Below, one piece after another: positions 1 to 9,755 of a stretch of 64,000 bases of DNA. The notes below the pieces were generated by a model. That model saw nothing but the letters and a program-made list of their open reading frames with translations. It made no database searches and was not told the DNA's origin. Source of the stretch: Paramoeba atlantica (lineage: Eukaryota > Protista > Discosea); assembly GCA_977017575.1 (NCBI GenBank), contig CDRNVI010000091.1:19111-83110 (forward strand), read 5' to 3'. Every line of letters begins with the position of its first letter. Position 1 is the stretch's first letter. A program made the position numbers and the translations under genes.

Positions 1-122
1 TAAATTCGCTTTAATCTTTAAATTGCAAGTTAATATTTAAATTTTATTTAAATATTAACCTGTTTGCACATTAATATTTAAATGCAGATTAATATTTAAC
101 CCCCTCTTATACGCAATTTTTT

Positions 123-1347
123 GGCTAAACTGAAGCAAAATTCGTTTTTTTCGTTTTTTTCATAAATCCGTTCAAAAATTGCTCAAAAAATGTTGAAATA
201 TTTAAACTCACAACTTTAGACTTAAAAAGCGGACACTATACGTATACGCAAGCGCAGTGCTCTTTTAAATTTTCAAGCACGCGCAACAAAGCATCCCCCC
301 CATTACACTTCAAACTTCCGCTTCCCTGCTCTGCGTAGGCCTGCACCCGATCTTCTCTCCGGGCGGCTTTCCGGCCCAACACACCACCTTCACGCTTTGA
401 ACGCTTCTTGACGATTGAGTTCGCACATTCCACAGTGTTTGTGTGCACACCTTCCTCTGTGACCGACTGTCGACGGTGGTTGACGCTTTCCCACTTGTAG
501 TACTGCCCGAGACGAACATTGTGACGAGCGCCGTCTGTTCAAATTCTGGTACGTTCTCCTGCGGCTAGTTCTGTAATTCCGGGGACAAGAGAACCAGCAG
601 TGCGATCTGGTACTACTTGCATTAAAATTTCGGATAACTTGTTGTTTCGAGTCGTCACCGCAACCGTTTGGGCTACTTGCGTACCTTCTGCGCGCACGCG
701 CCTCGAACCGTGACTACCTCGGTGACGTTTCCGAACCGAGAAAAAAGTTTCATCACCCTGCATCGAGTGGACGCTCCCTCTTTGTCGGGCGCGTCGACGC
801 AAATGACAAGTTGCCATGATGGAATCAATCCACTGACGTAGTGATATAATTGTTTTCTCACTGAGCTCCGTCTCTGCAACAGACACCTCATGTTTATTCC
901 CCCGAACGTAAAGTACAATGTACTTCAGTGTTTGTTTAGCGCTTCGCTGCGCCCTGCCCGGCAACAGTGGACCCGTCTTCTCATATATCCCTTTGCAAGA
1001 CTTCGTGCACTTCCATTTTTCACCATTCATTTCCATAGTGTGGTCACTCGTGTGATTTCGCTTGCAACATATGACCTTTTGTGCCACTAACTTATGATCT
1101 TGTAGCCACTCCACACACTGCTTTTCAGTCCAAGTTGCAATCTTACTTATTGTCAGCTTTCGCCGACAAGAAAACCCAACACACCCCGTGCAAGGCATGG
1201 AAAGATAGACCAAGTAACTGGAAATGGCGAAAAGAATAGCGAAAAACTCAAGAAAATATGAATACGATCTCTGGAGAAGTATTTTCTACAATCAGAGAAT
1301 TTGATAGACAAAAGCTGAAAAAAACCGAATTTTGCTTCAGTTTCACC
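123..1347 (-). mobile_element. Full-length Merlin (IS1595/IS1016-like) DNA transposon
   Basis: TIRs GGCTAAACTGAAGCAAAATTCGTTTT (from 123) and the reverse complement of AAAACCGAATTTTGCTTCAGTTTCACC (to 1347). An 8-bp direct repeat AATTTTTT flanks both ends (115-122, 1348-1355). GG-starting TIRs and 8-bp TSDs are Merlin hallmarks. Encloses the transposase. Confidence 0.92.
236..1198 (-). pseudogene. Merlin DDE transposase with a single in-frame TGA at 539-541
   Basis: ORFs 539-1213 and 236-448 are in the same frame with 30 open codons between them: ...QGDETFF...RKRHRG...VPDRTAGSL...RTRI*TDG...VNH...GVHTNTVE. The D-D-E residues are intact. A polypyrimidine tract plus AG lies upstream of the ATG at 1198. 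Confidence 0.9.
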
Positions 1348-1831
1348 AATTTTTTCCACGCTTGTGCACTTCCGAGCCTCGTTCCGAGTCACTTTTTTAT
1401 TAAACGGGTTCTAAAAACTGCGTACTGTACTCGACTTTTTGATGCAATACGGAGATTAGTATACGGAGTAGTGAAAAAGACCTGTACTTTCAAAGTAACC
1501 TTAGTAGGCGATTTAGTACGCACCGTGTCTCCCTCAATAAAAGATCATAGTTACAGTGTATGTCGAATACCTCATGCAGAGGTATTGCGCTAATCTCAGG
1601 GGAATGCGCTAAAAAACGTTAATAACACAATAACAAACTTCTTTTTTTAATCCATTCTCATTTTCAACGCTCTTTTTGAGTTGAACGTTGACACAATAAT
1701 TTGTCATTCTTGAGATGGTCATTCTTATTTTCGTGACTCTCAGATGGGTGACGACAACTGTTCATCAAGGAAAGAGTATCAATTATCACGTCGTCCTCTA
1801 GCATCATATTTTACCATATCTCCTATTTTTC

Positions 1832-3076
1832 ATGAAAGCCATCGTGTTACCGAGAAAAAATCTAGCAAGCAAATACGCTACATTCCGTTTTTATACCTCT
1901 CTTGGAACGCCAAAAGAAGCATCAAAAGAACTACTTGCCGAATTCCTTCGGGAAAAACGAAACGCACTACAGGTAGAAAACATAAAACTTCTGAATTTTA
2001 TCTCTGAAGCCCGCCGTCGTTCATTGCAGCTACGAAATAACCTGAATCGCTACCCTTCCGAGAAAAAACAACCTATATCTTCAAACATTCCCACATGTGT
2101 CATAAGAAAAAGGTCCTCCCTAGTAGAGGGCAGCGCGATTGTCTCATTTACAGGTATTGTTGAATCCGTACGCAAAGGTCTGTCCCTCCAACAAGAGACT
2201 TCAAATCAAAAAAAACACAAAAATGTCCCTACCTGGGAAATCCCAGACACCTCTTGTCCATCAGCATCAAATGCTACACCTACGTCTCCAATTCGTCACA
2301 CTCTCCCCGACGAGTGTTGCATCCTTACCCTACGTATTCCCAGTTTCCTCCCTGGCTTAGGCACCCCGGACCTCACGTGTGTGCTCCAGGACGCCTACAA
2401 CACGGGTCACGAACCTCCGAGTCACGCCGTCGACTCTATTTCACATTTTTCTTCTTCATCTTCTCGCCCAAATTTTTCTTTTTCTTCTTTTTCCTTATCT
2501 TCTTCTTATGCTTCTTTCACCCCTCCCTCGTGCTACGGTCGAGCGGAGTATGAAGTAGTCCGCTACGTGGTATATACCTTTGGGGTGTGTGCCAGACTCG
2601 CACTCCAGGAGGTGCGTCGCCGGCACGTGGTGAGTGTCACCGGAAACCTTCACACGGGGATGTACGCACAAACCCACGCACGAGCCCAAGTCAACGCCTA
2701 TCGAAATTATTGCCTACAAAAGGTAAGGGAAGAAAAAGCGAAGGGGGGCCAAGAGAATCCAGGGGAAGTCTCCTCCGTGGGAAATACTATAGGAGAGGGA
2801 CACGCCCCTGCTTATTGTTTTCCAGAAACAGAGCAGGAGATACAACAACGGTTGTACTCTCTTCCTCTTGAGTATCCTAAAGAGGGTTTGCCGTTAAGTC
2901 TAACAAAAACCGGGGAATTCTACCCCGAGGGGATACAACCCTTGGATGGGGAAAGCCGCAAACCAGCTCTTCACGAGCGGCATGGTCACGTGATTGTGTC
3001 CCACCCCCAGGGATCTGTAATGGTCCTTGGAGGGGTCACGAGGGAGGAGGAACAGGAGTTAGTGGGAGAGGGTTAG
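1832..3076 (+). CDS. Hypothetical protein (414 aa)
   Basis: Long ORF in the + strand cluster. No family recognised. Confidence 0.7.
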   Translation: MKAIVLPRKNLASKYATFRFYTSLGTPKEASKELLAEFLREKRNALQVENIKLLNFISEARRRSLQLRNNLNRYPSEKKQPISSNIPTCVIRKRSSLVEGSAIVSFTGIVESVRKGLSLQQETSNQKKHKNVPTWEIPDTSCPSASNATPTSPIRHTLPDECCILTLRIPSFLPGLGTPDLTCVLQDAYNTGHEPPSHAVDSISHFSSSSSRPNFSFSSFSLSSSYASFTPPSCYGRAEYEVVRYVVYTFGVCARLALQEVRRRHVVSVTGNLHTGMYAQTHARAQVNAYRNYCLQKVREEKAKGGQENPGEVSSVGNTIGEGHAPAYCFPETEQEIQQRLYSLPLEYPKEGLPLSLTKTGEFYPEGIQPLDGESRKPALHERHGHVIVSHPQGSVMVLGGVTREEEQELVGEG

Positions 3077-3236
3077 TTATAGGGTCACGAATGGGTCATA
3101 CAATTTCCAGAGATTAGTGTCTTAAGTGGTATGTACAGTGTAGCATAGAGTATGTGTTGCTTTATTTCGCGACAGTTTCGTTTTATTTCTTGTAGCTTTT
3201 CCTTGGTAAAAAAATGAATTTTTCTCTTTCTCTCTT

Positions 3237-4139
3237 TTGAGTTTCTTTCCCGACATACATATACATGTATGTATTTCTATGTTTGTCTCGTTAAGTGTAC
3301 GTTTAACATGTGCAAAGGATCCGTTAGCCAAAGTTGATGCACTGCATCCTGCGAGGGTTCGTGGGGCTGTTCTTCCTCAAGTGTATGACATGTCTCGGCT
3401 TATCGAAAACGCTACATTTGACTCATGCCTCAACTGGAGAATAGATGTTGAAGTATGTAAGTGGGACGGCCTCCACTGCAACAGTAGGGGGGAGATATAT
3501 TCCCTTGGTTGGTCATTCAGTGATCTTGAGTATTTACATCCCGCATTGCGGTCAAGTCAAAGTCTTAAAGGCACAATGAACTTTAAGTGCCTTCCTCGAA
3601 CCCTAGAGACTGTGGACTTTCAAGAAAATCAATTAACCGGGGAAGTGTGTCTGGTAGATCTGCCACCAAACATGCAGGTTTTTGCCCTTAGTAAGAACTG
3701 TTTTACCGGTTCAATCGATTTGACGTCTCTTCCGGAGAGTTTGGAACACCTCTATCTGGACGAGAATCGTTTTTCTGGTGAAATTTGTTTGAACAAGCTT
3801 CCGGCACAAATGGATTTTCTTTGCCTTGGAGGAAACGCTTTAACGGGTCACGTTGATTTACGTTCCCTCCCGCAGGGAATGACGAGACTGAATTTGGATA
3901 GAAATCAATTTTCAGGGCCACTATTCTTGAATGATCTTCCACCTAATATGGAAGAACTTCTTCTTGACAATAACGACTTTTCTTCTATTGATTTAAGACG
4001 ACTTCCATGTAATTTGTGCACGTTCACTTTATCCAATAATAAAGAACTTCGTGGTGAGATTCAGAAATCAAATCTTCCAAGGAATTTAAAGCACCTGATG
4101 TATACTTCTTTTGGTACCAAGCTTAAATTTATCGATTAA
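3237..4139 (+). CDS. Leucine-rich repeat protein (N-cap W..C.W.G..C plus LxxLxLxxNxxxG repeats)
   Basis: VCKWDGLHCN cap, then repeated LPxxLxxLxLxxNxFSG units. Pyrimidine tract plus AG at about 3218-3241. Confidence 0.9.
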   Translation: MSFFPDIHIHVCISMFVSLSVRLTCAKDPLAKVDALHPARVRGAVLPQVYDMSRLIENATFDSCLNWRIDVEVCKWDGLHCNSRGEIYSLGWSFSDLEYLHPALRSSQSLKGTMNFKCLPRTLETVDFQENQLTGEVCLVDLPPNMQVFALSKNCFTGSIDLTSLPESLEHLYLDENRFSGEICLNKLPAQMDFLCLGGNALTGHVDLRSLPQGMTRLNLDRNQFSGPLFLNDLPPNMEELLLDNNDFSSIDLRRLPCNLCTFTLSNNKELRGEIQKSNLPRNLKHLMYTSFGTKLKFID

Positions 4140-4344
4140 CTATGACTAACCCCCCCCTCGCTTATACACTTGCTGTATATACACTTACGGTTATAAATCC
4201 CTCGACAATAATAAGGCACCCCCCCTTGTTTTACAACACTATATACACTTACACTTATATATACACATATTTGCTACCTTTGCTTGTATACACTTACACA
4301 AGTGTTTCCGGCATAAGAAAAACAAAGATACGGAGCCACACAGT

Positions 4345-5337
4345 GTGGGTCACACAGTACTTCCACCTTTCCATGTCGGATATTTTTTAATCAAACCAAG
4401 TACTCAAATGAACTCCGCAGACTCGGATGATGAGCTTGACAGCGTTTTGGATACTGCCCTTAACTCCTTTGACATCAAACAACAGGAAGAGAAGGCGAAG
4501 AGAGCACAAGCAGCGTCGCACTCCCCTTCTCCCACACTTCCCGGTGAGGAGGAAGAAATGCTTCACCTTGTGCAGCAACTTACCACACAGCTACTGCAGA
4601 ACCCCGATCAGGAACCCGCACTCAGCGCGGCGCAGGAGAAAAGGTTAGAAGCGTACGTTGCACGTGAGATGCGAAACACTCCGGAGCTTTCCAGCGTCCT
4701 TCCCACCGATGCCCCTCTTGAGCATATCTCCGAGGAGCAGCTTCTCGCCTCCTTGGAGCAGCTTCAACAAATGTGTGACGAAATGGGAGAAACAAAAACA
4801 GCGAAAGGTAAGATCTCCTCAAAGAAACCAGAGGAGGGCTCAATCAAAACTCTAGAGGGGCTACATGAAGCAGAAATGGTCTCGGGGACCGAAGACAGTC
4901 TCTCGCCTCTTCCAGACGTTTCACCTTCTATTTCAGAAGCTACAGGCTCGGCCACGAAGTCACAGTACGAACGTTTCGAAAAGAAATTACTCGAAAAAAC
5001 GATCTCCTTGGATAATTTTGCAATACCGTTTTTACGGCTTCAAAAAGCGTGTGAGCGGTGGGAGGAGACCCGTGCGGGGAGTGCATCCGAAAATGAGGTG
5101 ATCTGTGTGAATCACCACCGTACGGTGCTGACCCAATTGTGTGAGCTGCTCTCGGGATCTGCGTCCTCCGTATCGTCTCCTTGCGCAGGTAGTGAGGTAG
5201 ATGAGGCACGTGTAGCTTCGGCACTGGGGGCACATAGTCCGGAAATTTTTACTGTTTTAGAGCGACTATATGATAAGGGGGAGCCTCCATCGAGCTTGCT
5301 GGATCTTCTTCAGGAAATCGAAAAGGAGGGGCAGTAA
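4345..5337 (+). CDS. PEX19: Peroxisomal/glycosomal biogenesis factor PEX19 (likely ATG 4408)
   Basis: N-terminal DDELDSVLDTALNSFD resembles the PEX3-binding ELxxLLDxALDDF motif. The C-terminal segments LLEKTISLDNF, HRTVLTQLCELL and LYDKGEPPSSLL align with the PEX19 cargo domain. No CaaX box. Confidence 0.75.
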   Translation: MGHTVLPPFHVGYFLIKPSTQMNSADSDDELDSVLDTALNSFDIKQQEEKAKRAQAASHSPSPTLPGEEEEMLHLVQQLTTQLLQNPDQEPALSAAQEKRLEAYVAREMRNTPELSSVLPTDAPLEHISEEQLLASLEQLQQMCDEMGETKTAKGKISSKKPEEGSIKTLEGLHEAEMVSGTEDSLSPLPDVSPSISEATGSATKSQYERFEKKLLEKTISLDNFAIPFLRLQKACERWEETRAGSASENEVICVNHHRTVLTQLCELLSGSASSVSSPCAGSEVDEARVASALGAHSPEIFTVLERLYDKGEPPSSLLDLLQEIEKEGQ

Positions 5338-5504
5338 GCGTTTTTCAGAGTCAAGACGCGAACAGTATCCATGCATGGAGAGTTTATTATCGTGAAACCT
5401 TTAAATTCCATTTTTTTATGGGGAATAGAGTTTGAACCTGCTTCTTCTTCTTCTTCTTTCACCTCTTCTTTCTTCCACCTTTTCCTTCCCTCCCCCACCC
5501 CTCC

Positions 5505-6107
5505 ATGGCCTTCACCCTCCCCCCTCTCCCCTACCCCACCGACGCTCTCGTCCCCAAGGGCTTCTCCGTCGAGCAGCTCACCTTCCACTACGAAAAGCAC
5601 CACCGCGGGTACGTCACGAAGCTCAACGCCGCCGCGGCCGCCTCCCCGCCCCTGGCCGCGTTGGGCTCCGTCGAGGCCGTCATCCGGCACGAGCCCGAGG
5701 GGGGCGCGCACTACAACCTCGCGGCCCAGATCTACAACCACACGTTCTACTGGAACGGGCTGAGTCCCCGCGGCGGGGGGCTCCCGTCCGGGGCGCTCGC
5801 GGCCCGCATCGAACACGACTTCGGCTCGTTCGAGGCGTTTCGCGAGAAGTTCACCGCCGCCGCGACGAGCCACTTTGGCAGCGGATGGGCGTGGCTGGTG
5901 CAGGAGAGTGAGGGGAAGACGCTCAAGGTGGTCTCGACCCATGACGCGGGGTGTCCGCTGTCCCGGGAGGGGATGGTGCCTCTGCTGGCGTGTGATGTGT
6001 GGGAACATGCGTATTATATTGATTACCGGAATGACCGGGCGTCGTATATTGAAAGTTTTTGGAGTGCGGTGAATTGGGATTTCGTGGCGTCGAATTTGTT
6101 GAAGTAA
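5505..6107 (+). CDS. SODB: Iron superoxide dismutase
   Basis: LPPLPY, HYEKHHRGYV, AAQIYNHTFYW, FGSGWAWL and DVWEHAYYIDY motifs. No targeting extension. Confidence 0.97.
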   Translation: MAFTLPPLPYPTDALVPKGFSVEQLTFHYEKHHRGYVTKLNAAAAASPPLAALGSVEAVIRHEPEGGAHYNLAAQIYNHTFYWNGLSPRGGGLPSGALAARIEHDFGSFEAFREKFTAAATSHFGSGWAWLVQESEGKTLKVVSTHDAGCPLSREGMVPLLACDVWEHAYYIDYRNDRASYIESFWSAVNWDFVASNLLK

Positions 6108-6548
6108 GGCGAGGTGAGAGGTTGCTTTTTTTGGTGCTGTTTATACAAAGGATTCGCGGGTGAAAAGTTGGTGTTTAAAGTGGTTGATTGTGTAGCAGAG
6201 TAAGAAATTATATTTTATTCGTTTTGCCTTTGCAAAAAAGAAATAAGAACACTTTTGTTTCGTTTTTCTTTTGCCATGCTTGAAAAATAAAGTGATAATT
6301 ACATGACGTTGAATCAAGTTGCTATTTTTCTTACATTACACGCAATGAATCGATGATTTATTAAATACTTTGGCATGGATAGAGACGGAGAGAATTTTTC
6401 TTTACAGGATATAGTTTTTTCACCCAGGTGACTCAGCAGTAAAAAGGTCAATAAATTGGTCATCTAATGAATCGTTGTTTTCCACCACAAACTAAGCGAG
6501 CAACATGTAATTTTTCTGTTCAGCATTTTTTCTCTTAATACTATTTTA

Positions 6549-7193
6549 TTGTCATTGCTCCAACTCTTTCGAGCCATTACAATGTCACGCGGTGTTTCAT
6601 GCGCAGATCAATCTCCAATAGCCCTGAAACCAGGCAAAATACGTGGCACATCACTACCACAGGAGTATTACCTCTCCATTCTAATCCAGCATATGAGTGA
6701 TAATAGGTGGTTGGGCAAAGAAGGCCACGCCTGCGAATGGAATGGAGTTGGATGCAATGCTGAACGTATCATTACTGATCTGCGGTGGTCGGGATGTGGG
6801 CTGCGCGGCACTGTACCATGGGAACATATACCAGAAACCGTCCTCTCACTAGATTTCGGTAAGTCGGAATTTGAATTCGGGGAAAAATTTTCTCGTAATA
6901 ATCTACAGGGAACAGTGAATTGGGGTGCGTTCCCTCGTATGCTACGAGAACTTTCTCTGTCGCACAACAAGTTTGAGGGCGAAATTCTCTTCGCTGAGCT
7001 TCCCGCGACGTTGCGAAAACTAAATTTAAAATCCAACCGCTTCTCCGGGGTTATTTGCTTTGAAACAATTCCTAAGGATCTCGTTTTTTGTGATTTGACA
7101 AAGAACAGGGATCTGAGAGGGAAGCTCGACCAAACTAAACTCGGGGGATCTGTTCGTTTCAACGTAGCGCACACTATGATTGCTGTACTATAA
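6549..7193 (+). CDS. Leucine-rich repeat protein
   Basis: HACEWNGVGCN cap and LRELSLSHNKFEG / LRKLNLKSNRFSG repeats. Confidence 0.88.
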   Translation: MSLLQLFRAITMSRGVSCADQSPIALKPGKIRGTSLPQEYYLSILIQHMSDNRWLGKEGHACEWNGVGCNAERIITDLRWSGCGLRGTVPWEHIPETVLSLDFGKSEFEFGEKFSRNNLQGTVNWGAFPRMLRELSLSHNKFEGEILFAELPATLRKLNLKSNRFSGVICFETIPKDLVFCDLTKNRDLRGKLDQTKLGGSVRFNVAHTMIAVL

Positions 7194-8436
7194 TCTTTTT
7201 TTTACAATTTTCTTTTTCGACTTGATTTTTTTCAAAAATAGGACGCGTATACAATCTATGTATGACGCAAGAAATCAATCTTTGGGAGAAGCCTCCGAGC
7301 GTTTAGTGATAAAATCAAAAATCTTAAACAGCTCTGCGACAAATCTTGACTGAAGTACGCAATTTCTGTTTCTCTTTTTAGAACACTCTCAAAACTACAA
7401 CATTAATTTCATTTACCATACATTTTCTTTGTAAGATAGGGTTGGGCTCGTCGGGGGCTGACTCAGAATACGATGAGTCGGTCTAAAATGCTGTGCAATA
7501 TACAAATTTCGTGCACGAGGAAATATCCAAGTATTCGGGTCATAAGGGATGAATTACAAAATAGTTAAAACGTTTAAAAACATTACGGCTTCACTTATTT
7601 AAAAGAAGAAACACCGAGCTTTTTGAATGTGTGTACTATCCATTTTAATGATGTACATACACGCTGTACGCTCGTAGATTTCCGTGTTACAAAGCAAAAA
7701 ACGTATTTTGGGGGATGCTCTTCGTGCTTGATATTTACACTCAACACAATTATTAGTGTAACAAAAAACAGTAAAACAAAATTCGTGAATTTTTAATTGT
7801 ACAACATTTTTAAAAATGGAAAACTATTTATCTATTTTTTGCCCGAATTCTAAAAACAAACTGTTTTTTAACCTAAACGAGGGTCCGGTTTAGCATACCT
7901 GTGAGCTCGTACCATACCGGAGGGGGTATGGTATCGTGACCCAGGGCTGATAGCATACCCCACCTGGTTTTTAGCGGTTCTCCCTGGTTCTCTTTAGCAG
8001 TTCTGAATGGTTGTGCCTAAATCCTTTTTTTTTGTGTTTAACTTTCTTTTCAAACGTCCTTACCACACGTCCGAATACACGCACATTACTATTCATACCG
8101 AATTACCCGCATACCATTACTATTCCAAATCTATCTGTGAATGGTCTGGCTTACCAGTGACCTTCCGGAGCAATCCGGAATGATTCGGATTGGATTGGAT
8201 TTATTCATACCGCCTACATTTCATGCACTAAAGTTGTCTGTTCAATAACTACCCTCGTGCTAGTTACTATTGTACACCATACAATGTTATGGAATTGTCG
8301 CGCTTTCAATGACGCATTTATTTTTTCCATTTTATCGTGTACAACAGATCTGTTGGAATTATAGATGTTCTTTTTGCATTCTTTGTAATTCCAACTGTTT
8401 ATGGGCTTCACTGCCAAATTTTAAGGCATTGTTTTA

Positions 8437-9531
8437 ATGCAAGTGTCACCCGCATCTCAAGGTCTGATTCACATTCGCTCACGAGAACCAGGCTATGATA
8501 CAGTTCCAAATATTTTTCCTTTTGAAGGGTCGTTGTGTAATGTTGAATCGCTCCGCAACTTTATTCACAGTTCTCTTCAGCTCTCTACTCATGTGGAAGT
8601 CGTTCTGTACAACACACAGGATCAAATCCTAAGTTATAGTTCAGTTCTTTCATCCTACAGCGTGGTATCGTACGAACTTCGTCGACTAACGCCAGAGCAA
8701 TATGCATCAAAGATAGCCAACGAAAACGCTGTTGAGTTATCAGCACTACTCATACCCGATTTGGATCTTTTTGGTAGGAATCAAGAGAGACAAAGCAACT
8801 TCAAAATATTCAAAATTTCTGATGCGGCGCGTTTGCTATCAGTTATAAAGTACCAGAGTGCATCCAATTTCAAAACAGGTGAAATTGTGACAATCGCATC
8901 TGAGAAAAGTTTGGAAGACGCGTCACAACCATCAAACACGGTCAGGACATTGTTAGATAAAGATACAAAGGAAGCTAGCGAAAAAAAATTAAGTGTTCCA
9001 GATCACTTGCGATGTGAACTATGCACATTTATTTATAGCAACCCACGTAAAACAAATTGCTGCAATTTTTGCGGTTGTGATAGCTGTCTTCTTTTTAGTT
9101 TCGCATATTTTCGACGATGCCCAAAATGTGATACGAAGCAATTTGATTTAAGGTTGCAAGAAGCTCCTTCTGAGTTACAGAAGGAGTTGAAGTCCTTCAC
9201 CATTCAAAGTTCTACATGCCTTCAAGAGGACCATCCGGAAAATCTAACTATTAATGCCGCGTGCTCAAAAATCTCGAAGGATACTCAAACAACTCGGAAT
9301 AGTGTTCAAAAAGAGAGAAACGTCATCGTGTCTCGCGATTTTTTTGACAGTCTTAAATCTTTAGATTATTTGGTTGAATCGCGCAAACGAGTGCGCGCAG
9401 AGAAATCCAACTTCGATTGGTCTGCTGAAGAAACAGCATTGCTCCATCGCGTGCGACAAGCAAAGGAGGGTCGGGCACAGATGCCTGTGTTGAATGAATA
9501 TCAAAGGCGCAAGTTTTCAAAATATCTTTAA
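8437..9531 (+). CDS. DWNN-like plus RING/U-box zinc finger protein (RBBP6/Mpe1-like)
   Basis: Ubiquitin-like N-terminus (IHIRSRE...YELRRL) and VPDHLRCELC...NCC...GCDSCL...CPKC finger. No CCHC knuckle seen. Confidence 0.6.
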   Translation: MQVSPASQGLIHIRSREPGYDTVPNIFPFEGSLCNVESLRNFIHSSLQLSTHVEVVLYNTQDQILSYSSVLSSYSVVSYELRRLTPEQYASKIANENAVELSALLIPDLDLFGRNQERQSNFKIFKISDAARLLSVIKYQSASNFKTGEIVTIASEKSLEDASQPSNTVRTLLDKDTKEASEKKLSVPDHLRCELCTFIYSNPRKTNCCNFCGCDSCLLFSFAYFRRCPKCDTKQFDLRLQEAPSELQKELKSFTIQSSTCLQEDHPENLTINAACSKISKDTQTTRNSVQKERNVIVSRDFFDSLKSLDYLVESRKRVRAEKSNFDWSAEETALLHRVRQAKEGRAQMPVLNEYQRRKFSKYL

Positions 9532-9755
9532 AAAGAAAATTATTTTGAAACATCCTGAAGAAACGTACTTCCCAAGCTTTCGGCGTTCGCCACAATAAAA
9601 AAATATTTATTTATCAAAAAGTTTGATAAAGTCTTGAAATGTTAATGATTGTTTTGTCATCCGTTAAATACACATGTATTTTCGGTCTTGATATTTCTTC
9701 GGCCAGCTTCTAAATCAATCTTCATCTCTCCTTTTCTAACATCCGCACATCACCC

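Noticed and set aside
539-541. TGA read as Trp (Blastocrithidia-like recoding), suggested by RI*TDG and SLD*L in two transposases
   Set aside because: Host ORFs of 1992 and 2384 aa have no in-frame TGA, and several genes end in TGA. Other relics contain TAG/TAA nonsense changes, so this is ordinary decay.
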